Shown in pieces: positions 26,065 to 39,057 of a stretch of DNA of 64,000 nt. A program made the position numbers and the translations under genes. Under the pieces are notes generated by a model. It was given only the letters and a program-made list of their open reading frames with translations. It did no database searches and was not told the origin of the DNA. Source of the stretch: Klebsormidium nitens (lineage: Eukaryota > Plantae > Klebsormidiophyceae); NCBI GenBank assembly GCA_000708835.1, contig DF237144.1, positions 1-64,000 on the forward strand. The letters are read 5' to 3'. Numbering within the stretch: position 1 is the first letter of the stretch; the number at the start of each line of letters is the position of its first letter.

Positions 26065-29000
26065 TCAGATCCACCAGGGATCAGTCTCGCCGTTACGAAA
26101 GTCGGCTTCGTTCCAGTCGTCCAGGATAACTTTTCCGTCGTCGATCTTGACGTGGACCAACGCCAGATTCTGCGAGAGACGAGAGAGAAAAGTCAGTCAC
26201 TGAAACCTCTTAATATTTACTGGTTTTATCAGCCCTTTACTATCTTTAGCTCTTGCCAATTCATTGAGCGACTTATGTCGGCATCCGTCTAGAGCTATTC
26301 CAACGTGAAAGTGCAGAGAATAATCGGTGAACCTTCTTCGTCTTCAGCTGTTTACTGTTTCTAGCTGTACCCCAACCTATCGACCAAATAGCTCGGGAGT
26401 TCGTCTAGAATCATTTCGGACACACGGATGTGCAGACACGCATAAAGTCTGGATTCTGACCGTCACCTGACCATTTGCTTATATTTTATCGGACAGACAC
26501 GATTCTAGAGCGACATACTAGAATCGTGTGCGTACAAGAAGCCACATTCTGTAGCCCATTCCACAACTTCACCTCTTCACCTTTTGCTGCGATACCGTGA
26601 TAAAAACACGCATCCTCGATCTCGTCTGCCCTCCTCTAACTAACGAGTAGCGCTCCAACCAGAATCGCCCACAATTTATGTTTGACGCCGGACGATAAGT
26701 CACTCCTTACTTACTTACCTCAGAAGCCGGACCTTCATATGACGACTCCGCCGCGCAACCCGTGATTAGCGCTCTCTATCCTTCCTTTCGCTCCTTGCAG
26801 CTACGAAAAGCGTCCAAACGCATTCCGACGTCGAATTATGCTGACCAGAATTCTTCGATTACACGGCTTTCGAGCATTCGACACGTACCTCAGGAGCGGG
26901 CCCTTCCACGACTTCCCCGCGCGCTTTGTAATGGGACCCGTGACAGGGACATTCGAACTTCCCCTCCCCAAACAGAGGGTAGCGCTCCAGACAAAATCGC
27001 CCACAGAGCTTTCTTACGTCAAACGATAAATTGTTCCTCAAGTACTTACCTCAGGAGCGGGACCTTCCACGACTTCGCCGCGCGCATTGTACTGCGACCC
27101 GACGTGACAGGGGCACTCAAAATTCCCGTCCCCATTTTGAGGTAGCGCTCCAAACAACAGACGCCCACAGAGATTTATGACGTCGAAACGATACACTCAT
27201 TCCTGAACTCTTACCTCAGGAGCCGGCCCTTCCACGACTTCGCCTCGCGCGTTGTACTGCGAACCGTGACAGGGGCACTCAAACTTCCCGTCACCGGCAA
27301 CCCAGTCCGGGGTGCAACCCATGTGGGTGCAAACCGCGCGCAGTGCGAAGTCTGACACTTTGCCGTCGTCTACGAGAAGGTATGTCGGGTTATTCTGCAC
27401 AAAGAGAAGATCGTTTCGGTTCAGGTTAACCTGCTATAAGGGTTTCACACTCTGGAGCAGGGTTTCGTAAAGTTTAGGATCGTCTGCACACCATGAAAAA
27501 CGCTTGCGGATCATTTAGAGTTTATGTGAAGCCGGTTTGGGTTGATTGTTCCCAGTGGTACGAGTCTGCGATTTGCCCTCGTCTACAAAACGGAAAAGTT
27601 GGGTGGGTTATTCTGCTCACATAGAAGAGGTTTCCTGTGCAGCTTCACTTGATGTAAGTGTTTCACAACTTGGAGCACCGTTTCGTGAAGCGTAGGACCG
27701 CTCGAAGAGCAGGATTGCCGATCCTCCTTCTTCTACGAGAAGGTGCACTTGAAATTTATTGCACATGAAGAGGACGTTTCTGTGCAGAACGATCACTCGG
27801 GGTTCCAATCTTCGATACACGGTTTCGTGATGCTTGAGATCCGCTCGAAGAGAAAATCCGCCGACCTCAGTCGACTACGAGAAGGTACGCCGGACTGTGC
27901 GTACTCTGAACGACAATAGAGAATAGAAACTCTGAGATTACTACTCAATAGTAATTGTGTAAGATTATCGTCTCCGTCTTGAGAGCTTGGGGGTCTTTTT
28001 AGCCAATGAGAAGATTCAAAACGGGTGCAAACCGCTCGATCCGTTCAGTATGCTTAACCGATTTGTCGGTTTTTAAAGCACGTACAGCGTGTCTGGAACC
28101 GCGCGATGTGCGCGTCGAACAAAAGGCAAACGTTTTCTGCGTTCTCAACGGACGCGTTTTGGGACGGGTCAGGCGGCCTGAAGTCATGGTCGGCACTTGA
28201 GAAACCCTGTCTCTCTCAGACCCTTGTTGTCTTTCCGCTTGGACGTCACATCCAAATGATACAACCCAGTTTGGGGCGACTCGAAAGCAGCAAATGGCAG
28301 GTCACACGTCGCCAAAAAGAAATCCTACGCCTGCTCCTATCGAGGGAAAAAGATTAACCTACTATCGTCTGCGGCAGAACTTACGACTTACGTCGATCCC
28401 TCGGACCAAGATGCGGTCCAGCGAAGCCGCCTTCTGAAGAACGTCAGCAATGACGACCGGTTTGCCCGTGACTTCGTCCACGGCAAATGTCTCCGCCAAA
28501 GCAGCGCCGGTCCTGCATCGAGTAAAAGGCACGCATGCTCTTGCTGGTTCTGGACTCTGCGAGGTTCTGGATTCATGATGTGCACGTGTTTCTCAGCGCC
28601 TTGTTGAAACCCGATAACCACAGTCGAAACCCATGTTAGTTAGCTAGCACGCTCGGCCACAGGTACTAGCTAGCTGCCATTTCACGACGTGCGCCAGCTA
28701 GCTAGCATTACTGGTCGGATTGTGATATCAACGTTGATCAAATCCGGATTCCGGTGTTAACAACGTTAATCAAACCCGGATTGCGGCCCTGAAAAAAGTT
28801 GAGGAACTGCGCGGGAATGCATGGGACCGCTTTCGTTACCAGGGGGTTAGCGTAACCGCCGCGGCTGCCGCAGCGGATCCCGCCAAGAACTCCCTCTTCC
28901 CCACTCGGGGCCCCTCCTTTGGGGCGACGCTTCCAGTGTTGCCGCCAGACAGCTGGTCGCCCTTTTCGCCCTCGATGGGTTGTGCTTGGCAATACGTTTT

Positions 29001-30247
29001 CGTGACCTGTAAAAGAAGAGCACAGGGATAAGGTAGAAGGGCTTGTGACAGAACAGTGTTTCGATGTCTTTGTGGTGCTATCTGTTCTTTGATACTAAGG
29101 GGATTCATACTTCCGTGCAGCCATATGACTGACTGTGAGCTTTCAAAGTCTTGCGACAGAACGTGATCTGTGTTTCAATTCCGTTTATACAACCACCAAG
29201 AGGCCCACTAAGGCCAATTCAGAAGAAAAAGAGGACCCCGATAACAGAGGGTGAAGTCATTTGTAACTGTTCGCTTCTGGGAAGACAAAGCAAAGCCAGT
29301 ACTTAGAAGACAAGTTACATAGTACATGGAAGCGAGAAGAAGCTACTAGGAGCTGAGAGGATTGGCCGAATGCTTTTTATAACCAGGTCGCATCATTCAG
29401 TACCATGGGGAAACGTGTGCCAGCTGTTGTTTCCCGGCAGGCTAGGGTGTTTAACCCAATCTGTTCAACTTCTCACACTTCAAAAAAGTCCCCAGCTTAA
29501 GTCGATCAGTGAGTCGTCCTAGCGGAGACCCCTCATATGTTGAACGTTTTATTACGGGTCACCAGAACCTATACGGGATGGGCTTACTAAATCACGGAAG
29601 TCATAAATCAGGGAAAGGTTCTGGAAACTGAAATTAGAACGGTAGTGGCTGGTGCCTCAAAGATTGCATAAGAGACACTTCATCCTGCTTTTGTATGGAA
29701 GGTCTCATCGCCTCCCCTTATTAAAGAGCTACTTCAGGGCAATCGGCCAAGACGTCTGCTCAGATCAACTGTTCACCACTTTTATGAGACTTCTGTCAAG
29801 AAAGCCCCCAGAATCCTTTTCAGTGAAAGGTCTGTCTCAGCATACATTCTTCTCACCTAGGAATGCTAAAACCTTGGCAGCAAAGACAAAGAAGGTGAGA
29901 AGAGCCAACTGCCAAGGACCCACAAAAGTTCGAAGCCAGAAAGCTCAGAGCCAAATTTGTTCAATGTCATTCTGCTTCGCTCCGTAAACACACAGAAGAA
30001 GAATGCCGAAACGCCAGAAAAAGCCTGAAAAACCTAGAAACTAAAGTTCACTCTGAAACCCATAATACCAAGAACTAAACTAGAAACCAACCTTGCGTGC
30101 TGTCGCAATCTTCTGTGGACTGAGACGGCCGGAGTTGACAGTCCCCAACGCGTTGTTGTTGTTTGAACCCCTGTTGCAGAATCCGTAGGGAGTGGAGAGG
30201 GCCAGGGCCTTGGAAGCAAGAACAGAGGCGGCCATTGCTGAAGCCAT
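26065..30247 (-). CDS. Plastid-targeted PetC-family Rieske [2Fe-2S] protein (atypical paralogue, 242 aa, 5 exons)
   Basis: Minus-strand exons: 30247-30092, 29006-28840, 28512-28392, 27394-27215, 26169-26065. GT-AG, in phase, 729 nt. Ser/Ala-rich transit peptide [12 protein letters not shown].., Rieske boxes CTHMGC and [15 protein letters not shown] (cf. PetC GDPTYLVV), GPAP, and a C-terminal [11 protein letters not shown] (cf. PetC DFRTGxxPWW). Confidence 0.88.
26620..28130 (-). repeat. Boundary echoes on both sides of Rieske exon 4
   Basis: CCTGAG|gt donor copies at 27050, 26889 and 26719 (true 27215) preserve ECPCHGS..GPAPE coding. Acceptor+start copies (gtctac.a.aagg..gggttattctgc) at about 27580-27615, 27730 and 27875. 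Confidence 0.92.
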
Positions 30248-31956
30248 GCTTGGAGCCTGCACGTGCTGGACTCAAGTTTCGGTGTGGCGGTCAAACTTTT
30301 GAGTTCGTGTGTTTTGCATGAGAATGATCAGAACTTTGCTTTCCAGCTAAGTACAGTGAGCGTTCTAGGAGTAAATACCGCTTGATTGCGGCGTTCAGAG
30401 TTTTGAGTGCGCAGTCAAGAATGGTCAGCAGAACGGATTTGATTGTAACTGAAATTGAGCGTTTTCGGATGAACTATCCTGATTGTGTGGCGGCGGTTGA
30501 TCTTTCGCCGCCACACAATCATGTAGCGTACAGAAGTGACTCAGTAGACTCCGAGTCTGGAGCACCGCCTTATCTACCTATATATCTTTGCACCCATTGA
30601 GAAGCTTGGTCCTCATGGCGAGCTGTCCTTTTTCTCCGCGCTTTGTCTTCCTCACGATTGCATCGCCGCACAAATTGGAACAAACGGATCAGGCAATATA
30701 CACCACAAGTTGTCAAAATTTTTGCATCCAATATATATATAAGGAATCCGCGGTCACAATCCACAAGCCCTTCTTATACCGGCTCGTCGGGTGAGGTTAT
30801 TACAAGGCAGAGGGCAAAAGCGGGTCCCTTACTGACAGTGGAGGCAGGCTATGGGGCAGTACGTCTTTGAGTGGTCGGTTCGAGATGACTCTGCCCGGGG
30901 CACTGAGAAAGACGGTCACAGAAAGAGCGTTGAAATTTGAAACGTAGCCAAAGTACTGCAGCGTTGGATGGACTTTCATATTGTCTGCAAACCCAAAAAC
31001 CTGAGCTAGCTCGTGGCATCGGATCGAAGTGAGACTCGAGAGGCGTCGGATGAGAGATTTCGGATACATTTTGAGAGCCGCGCCAAGACTTCGAAACGTT
31101 TAGAAGTAATAACCGGGCGGCGGGGGGCGCCGCGCACTCTTAAATACAATTTTACTGATGATCAGGATATATGACGAACACAGAAAGCCCGAGGGTTCCG
31201 GGCGACAAGCAGCAAGCTGTGGATAGTGCAGGAAATCTACCATTGCATGAGAATCTAATTGTCGGGATTAGTGACGATTCTTGTCGCATTATATATGTAT
31301 AAGTCACACAGTGATATGCCTATGCTCCATTGATATTCAAGTAGTTGCCCGACCAGTACTGGTTCATGAGGCAGCTAAGAACGTCGGACTCATATAATGC
31401 GCCACCTTCTTAGGTAATTCGTAATTCAGATAAGTACTTAAATTTATTACGTAGTGTATATCGACCGACTCCCCTGCACACAAAATTAGCGTATGGAGCC
31501 ATACTCGAGCAGTTTGAAACCTAGCAATCCACTTATATTGCCTCCAAATTGAGACGTACTTCTCTGCAGGCGGCGCCACTCACTTACGGTAACACTAGTT
31601 AATTGCATGAATTGGCTTCTTCTAATGCAACAGTACTGAGTGCTGAGTTATGTTTGGATTGGACGTACGGCTTCTGAGGCACGATGGTGATGGAGCTATC
31701 AACAGCTGACCAAATTCAATGAGCGTATATATATGTACTACGTCGTAGTACTGTACAATAAGATTGAATATACGTTACCAATATTTCATTGGGAACTCCG
31801 AGTCCGCGGGCCGCTAATGTTTCTTCAAAACATGGGTAGAAGATTCAAGATATTAAGCTGGCGGTGACGACGTCTGAACGTCTCCAGAGTGCTCCTGAGG
31901 TCTCGTACCAGTGTATGTCCGTGGAACGAGACTAGCAAAGAAGCCTAATACCGCGA

Positions 31957-32460
31957 CTAGTAACGCCAGCAGTCATTCGCGGTTCGCGAAACGCCCGGAT
32001 TGCATGTGTCAGGTTGTCGAAACAAGTGTAACAACCGGTAGAACGTTTCGGTTGCAAGCAACCTGTTCGTACCGCTCCACCCTCTTTCCATACTGGTAGA
32101 CAGCGAAGTCCTTCCGGTAATAAAAAACTTTCGGACCAGTTCGAATTCGTCGAACTTCTTTCTTCTACCGGTAAAAGAGTCCGGCAAAGTCTTCGCCCGG
32201 TAGAACCTGAGTTTGGCCAGTGTGCCGCTGCCACGTTTCGGACTAAGTGACTTTGAAGCCTGGTTGACGGTCTCTTCAGTGACTGTCAGTTCTGGCACTT
32301 ATAGCAAAACTTATGAACTTAGTAAGGCTCTAGCAAAAGTAAGCACCCACACTAATCCTAGAAACCCCAACCCAGAAAAAACCATTGCTCTGCACCAGTG
32401 TACCGAGCCCAAACCCCCTATCTAATTACCGGCGTGACCCCACCCGTCCCAAATTACAGC
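31957..32460 (-). mobile_element. Possible degenerate Ty3/gypsy remnant (gag-like fragment with PBS-like site)
   Basis: ORF 31957-32298 contains LPDSFTGRRKKFDEF, resembling retrotransposon gag PxxFxG..F motifs. Upstream on the minus strand are TGTAAT..TACA and then TGGTGCAGAGC, similar to the tRNA-iMet PBS TGGTATCAGAGC. No pol domains were found. Confidence 0.3.
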
Positions 32461-34999
32461 TGGTCAGCTTATCTTTGCCAAATTGAAGCTTCGTACGCAG
32501 GACCCGAGTCGGACGGTAATTAGCTCGATCATACTAGCTTCACTGACTGAATTCTGTACAAAAGTTGAAGCTGAGTCAACTTGTCCGGATGTCTGGCACT
32601 CTGTCTCTCGTGTCATCGTGACGTGGCAGTGACGGGTTCCATGATGGGGGCATGACGTGCGCGTGGCGCCAGCTCATTGGTCAGGCTCGTGTTCATATGA
32701 ATTGTCCGTGCATCACCCGTAAATTAGTCGCATTGCAACAAAACCAGGAGAGGCCTCAGCGCGCAAACGTTCTATAATGGATAAGGGTCGCAAAAGTTCT
32801 ATAATGGATAAGGGGCCAAGCCACGGCCGCATTTGAAAGCTTTGAAAGAAATGAGACAAAGGAGGGACAAAGGCACTGACTTGGAATAAGTTTAAATGAG
32901 AAGAATCACTAGCATATTAATCTGTAGGAAGACGTACTCGAGAGGATGGCGTTTCACTAGCGGAGTCCGGCCGTTGAGCCGCGCAGAAAGCTTTCTGACT
33001 GTGAGGGATCCAACGATCGAAGGACTCAGTTCATGAGCCACGTACAGTAAACTTGGATCTGGAAGCCTCCGTTTGTGCCATTTAAACGCCCTGAGCCTCA
33101 AATACACGAGGCAAATGTCAGAACGGGTTACTCTAATGCTTTCTGGCGAGTTCAGATGATCCATTTGAACGGACCGCCCATAAGCGCGGCCATATTCAAT
33201 GAAGTAGCAGCTTGCCAGGTGTCCAATATGATCAGGAGTACTAACGACCAGCAGCTTGCCACGTGTAAGGCAATCCCAAGCTACAAGCTGTAGGCGACGC
33301 CTGCAAGCAGGGAAAGTGTAAGTGGGCGTGGCGCTGCATGGTAAACATTATGCTGAAACGGCGACCAAGCACTCGAAATTTCCCCTCTGCAGTCGATCAA
33401 AAAGGCCGGAACGTGCTGTATAAATCACAGCGACACTCTGTCGCACTGAAAGCCCTGTCAGGCTGTGGCCAGAAAGCCGCGAAGTGGAGGGTTCGAGGCA
33501 TAAGTGTCAACCAAAAAGGCATTACAGGCAAGGCGAAGTCAGCAGAGCGGTCTTCCGTGCTGACGTCAGCGGCAGGAGCGTCGGAACGAGGTGGGCAGAA
33601 GCGAGCGGGCGTTGATTACCGTGCGGTGAACCATCTTTGAGTGAGAAAAGACCCGAAGACCCACGTCTTCGGACGCGCAAAGCTAGGGGTGGATCAAATT
33701 TGTATGCCTCGGTAAAGTATCCGAGTTCCAAATCACTCGCAGATCACAAAATCAATTAACAAATTGCTCGGCCAGTGACGTGTGGGAGCTTGAACATGCG
33801 AAGTTACTTACCCATGAAGTAGCATTCCTAGCAGACAATCTTAAAGGAACTTTGCTTGTAGATTATTTTTCTGCACGTAGCAGCTTGCAGAAAGTGAATT
33901 ATGATCTGGTGTTCAGGCCAATGGCTCAGTGCACGTACTGCCGAAGACTTCGCTTACTTCGTTGCGGATCTGCACCTTCACGTTTCACAGATGGCGAGAC
34001 GCAGCTCGCTTCTATCAGCGTAGCAGTACTATATATACATCCCTCAAGCAGGACGAGTCGAAAGGAAGTTGACAACGGAGGGATGTTTCGAAAGTAGAAG
34101 GGCTCAATGGTTGCACGGAGAAAGTGAAAGAGGTCTAAACTGAACGAACAGAGAGGAGACAAGGGACTCTTCTGATCAACTGAGACTTCCGTTCCAGGCA
34201 GGGTCGACAGGAGTTGAAGCAAAGAGAAGACTGATTCAATTCGACTCCATTAGACTCGGATACATGAAGGAAAAATAAGTGGGACTGTGGAGAGTCGAAG
34301 TTGAGTCAGGCGGCCAGCGGTATGTGATACGTCTTCTGCGAGCAGCACTCTATCGGACGTACCGAGCTTGGTCGCCAAAACGTCGGAGGCCAAACACAGG
34401 TAAGTTTGGCCCTTAACCATGGATGGTTATGGGCTGGCCATGGATTGGTTGAAAACTGACTGTAAGTGTCCAATATCCAAAATAGGCCGGGAACCAGCCC
34501 CGAACCAGCTGCCTTGGAATGAGGTTTAAGCCCAGTTAGTGACCAGGTAATCAGCCTGGTTAGCAGCCAAAATCCCCTGTGATTTTTTTTGCGTTCATCT
34601 AAGTACGTGGTGACGAGGACACCTGCTCATTGTTTGGAAGTTGGCAGAATGAAAATCGTCGAAGCCCGAATCCTGGAGCCAGCCCGTGCGTGAAATTCGG
34701 CCAGGTGTTTCTGGATATGTACCTACTTACAGTGGGCGCTCCCAGGTGATCATGCATGCGACGCTTTGCGGCGACCAGGATCAGCTCGCCCAGCTATACG
34801 GGCTTTGATACACGGTATGAAGCACGAAACGAGCCGAAACTCTGACGTTCTTGAAGAAAGCGGCGAACGAATTTAACATAGGAGCGCGCTAGCTATATCC
34901 CCGGTCGGTCGCAAGGGGGGGTTCTGCATTGCTGCACAGGGACCGGTTCATGAGACCGTTTCGACATCGTAACCGCAAAGCGGTGCACGCTTTCTCCCT

Positions 35000-35073
35000 C
35001 TCTTCTGCGAGAGCGAGATGCTCGAGCATCTCGCTCTCGCAGAAGAGTCCCGGAGTTGGGATCCCAACTCCGG
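35000..35073. repeat. Two adjacent perfect palindromes (48 bp and 24 bp)
   Basis: ctcttctgcgagagcgagatgctc|gagcatctcgctctcgcagaagag (35000-35047) and ccggagttggga|tcccaactccgg (35050-35073). Confidence 0.95.
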
Positions 35074-38000
35074 ATTGGCTTTGCGAAAGTCAAGCTGGGG
35101 CCCCACACGCGACTGAGGTTTGAAACCCAACCACTTCAAGAAGACGAAGCGAAAAAACAAACGTACTGACGTCGAATCTTAGCCCACTAGTCAAGGTGCT
35201 GACGTCAGCAGCTAGTGATCCTCGACGGCCGGTTCGATCACATTTCCAAGCTGTGAAACTGCATCTTACCATTAATGAGGAGGCGTCAGCGATTCATCCG
35301 CACGTTCGTAGCGACCCGTATCTACGTCGGACCTTTCCGTCGCCGCCATGGGCACGTCCTTCTTTTTGGCATCGCCTTTTGAAGTACTGAAGACGTTTAC
35401 AAATGAATCAAAGTCCGCGAATGCCCGGCCACCAAAGCCACGGGTTCGTTGAGAGTCCAACGTTTTCTTATATGCAGATAGATATTGAGGAGTCTCAGAT
35501 AAGTTGTCGCGGCGGAGTTTGCCGGCGGCCCAGCGGCCCGGTACGAGTCAACGCCCGCTCACTTCCCTGCAAAAAGGGAGCCGGGGCCCGCAGCTCCGGG
35601 CCGGTCGGCAAGTAACCCCCGTGTTCAATCAATTAGCTCATCTGATCATCTCAGAGTGACTGCACAAAAGCGGACGGGAATATAAGTTATGCACCGGTTC
35701 CCGCATGCCTTACTTTTGACGGACAAAAGATTAAGCAAACTTTTGCCATTTTCGTCGTGATTAGCCAGACAAGATGGCGCGTTCATGTCCGGTTTCGTCG
35801 CACGAGATGAGATCGAAGCGCCAGTACTAGTATGCCAAAGCGCATCACTACGAACAAATTGCAAGCGGGCCTAGTGTAGCGCGGCTTGCAGAATTTCTAC
35901 AGGGGACATTAAATACTGTGGTCATTTTGACGTCAGCGCCAACATCGCCCAAGCGGAGCTAGCGGCCGCCGGCATTTCCAGAAACCACAAGCCCGTTTTT
36001 ACGCTCCCTGAGAATCGATTCGACGTCCCCGGGATGCATGTACTCAACGTCTGATGCATGAGAGTCTCATCACGATCTGGCCTTGCATGATTCATGCAGT
36101 CGATCGCGGCCCGCGGAAGATCCCTGCGGTTCGAACCTGCCATGCAAGGCACAAGTCGCCTTTGAGATAGCACTGCAACCCACAAACCTACTTATGTATT
36201 CAATTCTGACGGTAATTGAACAGAACGCGAAGTTGCGGCCATGCATGCGGGACAGTGATAAAATTTCATGGAGCCGTCAGTACAGTAACTTAAGTTTTGA
36301 GTAGATCCAATGGTTAGATCCGATTGGAGGAAAGACCCGTTTCATATATACTCATGCCATCTGCGGCTGCCTTTTCAGAACCACGTCTGATTAGTAGCAC
36401 GTACATGCGCAAGCGCAGAGGATTGTCAGCTAATGTCACTAATCATCATAGTACTTCCTTATGTGAAAAAAGGTTGCAGGAAACAAGGGATCGAAGAGCT
36501 CCGCTAGATTTTCTTCGTTACGAGAAGGAAAACTCAGGCGGCTCTGATTGATCGCCCACTGAAGCAATCACTTTGCTCATCAGGGATCTGATTTGGCTAA
36601 CTCATCTACGTTACGAAATTCATGTACAGTCTAGTGAGGTCGATATCCGCAGATTTGGCACGTTTGACAGGCTTGTTTCAAAGAGGATATTGAGAGTCTC
36701 AATGCAAGACGCGGTATCTCGATTTGACGTAAAAAGTCCAATCTACAGAACCGTTTCTGAGTGTCTAGGTTGACGAATACTTTTACATGCTGGATGACCA
36801 TATCTACGATCCCTCAATCCTAAGCAAAAGAGCTCTGCTTTGTGCAAGGACTGTCCTTCTTCCCGAACTTCCTATACCTTTAAAAGCTGGATGTAAGCAA
36901 AATTGACACTACCAGTTTTTGACTCCTTGCGCGCCGTCAAAACAAAAACACAGGCTAACCATGCCTGTTTAGCCTTGGGTTAGGCCCCTTCTTAGCAGCT
37001 GTATGTGCTCTCGTTGGTTGTTATCTAAGCAAGCATGAGGAACGGCAGCTCCTTCAACCAGCCGCGAGCGTTTAAGTGCGCGACGCATTTGACTCTTCAA
37101 CTACTCCCCTAACGGCAACAGTAGCGGAGCACTTTCTAACGATCTGATGTCATTCCGAGCTTGCTTTCTTGAACGGACCTCTAACAAAAGGACAGGGTGT
37201 AAAGAGCTCCTTGTCCCTGCAACGGAGACGATTGGAGGGAAAAGTTCAGTTTCCAACCAGCTTTCAAGAGTCAAACTCCACGGACAACTAGTACGTGTGA
37301 GGTCAGTCTCCGAGAGCTCCTCTGTTGCGAATCGAGCCTCAGCTGAAAGCAGTCAGAAAAGAAAAGAAACTCCGGAGTAAGCGAAGCCCAAAAATATCGA
37401 AGGGTCGGAGAAGACGCCAGAAAAAGCAAATAAGGCAGACAACTCAAATGGGCGGTAAATAGTAAGGGCTTTTGAGCTAGCAGAATTGCATCTGGTGAGC
37501 CGTTTTGGAGTGCTCTGGCCGTTTTTCCCCCGAAGGGGTTGTCGTCCTTCTGATCGATCTAGTAAAGTCCAAAACTCGAGATCCTTTTGGTCTAATGGCT
37601 AACGCTTAGTCGTTTTTCCCAACCAAAAACTGGACCTTAGCTCAGCAATTTGCCGGTAGAAGTTTGGATCTGATTGGCGTCAATTGTGAAAGGCCCAGCT
37701 AGCTAGATATGTTTCCGAACACCGAAAATTTACAAGCTTAGCACCTTCATGCAAGTTGAACCCTTTATTGCCTAAGCCATTGAGAGCAGAGCTCCAACTG
37801 CAGGGCGGAATCAAGTGCCCTGCCAAGATGCTAATGCTTGGCGCAAGTTGGCTAAGGAAACAGAAGGAATTTGGAAGGAGGCGGACGGATCAGAAGGAAC
37901 AGGATTATCGAAAGGCAATTTAAGTTGAAGGAACGCAGGCAACCGTATAACAGAAGGAAACAAGGGACAGACGGAGGCGGATAATACAGCAGGTTCCGGC

Positions 38001-39057
38001 CCTAGCTCTGACCACCAAAACAATCAAGCAGCGGGCGGAAAGACACCCACCCCCGCGCACTTGCTGCACGTGGAGCTTCCTTACGGTGCTTTACATCAGT
38101 GGCAGTGTGGCGATTATTGGTTTTGGCTCTATTTCGAGAGTTCACGCAGAAGGAAAACACTGCAACTTTTGACCTCGCAAACACTTCCTCTTCTTTGATT
38201 AATTGCCCCCCCTGTTGCGCTGCTGGTTAGTATCAACATGCGTACTGTATGCAGAGTGCACCTCCGTTCAAATGGAGAAAGATTCATTCCGTTCAACCAT
38301 AACAAAACCATATCACTTGCGGAAGCCTTATTGTTCCGGATGGGAAGTGCCCCGGCAGCGCTCTTAAAGAAGTGTCTGCATAACGCTAGCCTGAGCTTGG
38401 CACGTGTGTGAAGGCGCCACCGTGTGTGATCAGCCCACGACAGAAGGTACGTAGTTGCTCTAACTTATAAACGGTCAATCTCCAGGAAAGTGTCGTCCTA
38501 CCATGCCAAGCTGTTAGCTAGCACCCGAACTGGCATTCTACACAAGACCCAAGTTTCGTCCTACCTGCTTCTTAGTGATAGCGAATCCCGGATGTGCTGT
38601 AAGTTGGACGCCTTCTTGAGTTGCCAATGGAACAAGCTGATACAATTGACCCCCCAGAAGTTTTCCCACCTGCAATACTGCCAGCCGGTAGGGTACACAA
38701 TATTTCAACTGATTTGACCACAACAAACTCAACAAAATCTGGACCACAAAAGGCCAAAAGTCCTAGATTTGAAAACCCACTTGCATGCTTATGAACAGGC
38801 AGACACGTGGTTATGCGTGGTGGACAGGACGCGGACATGCATCTTGAACAGCCCATCACAGAAATCATATGCAGTCTCCCAGACCACAGAAAACGTGCTC
38901 CTTGAGAATCCACCCACCTACCAGCTCCAAGCCAACTCGGTACTTTCTTAAGGTCTATTTTAGGAATCCCGACAGCACAAGTCTGCAAAGTCCAGAGCTT
39001 TTGAAAGAAAACCCATCTCATTTTCAGAATTGGTACACGTGGTGATGTGTGGTGTAC

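Noticed and set aside
26497-26529. 12-bp perfect hairpin acacgattctag..ctagaatcgtgt in the last Rieske intron
   Set aside because: Isolated and too short to call an ncRNA or an element terminus.
32763-32815. 27-bp tandem duplication (gcaaa.gttctataatggataaggg) and similar micro-duplications at 42122-42152 and 48482-48570
   Set aside because: Real but only two copies each, consistent with ordinary slippage and with no evident function.
33000-38400. Numerous 60-105 aa ORFs in the intergenic interval
   Set aside because: No conserved domains recognised. They are of the length expected by chance, so probably decayed repeats.
38562-38676. Possible second exon for the 39813 gene (ttgcag|GTGGGAAAAC.., minus strand)
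   Set aside because: It needs a weak donor upstream of an otherwise clean stop, and the echo conserves that stop. No homology support.
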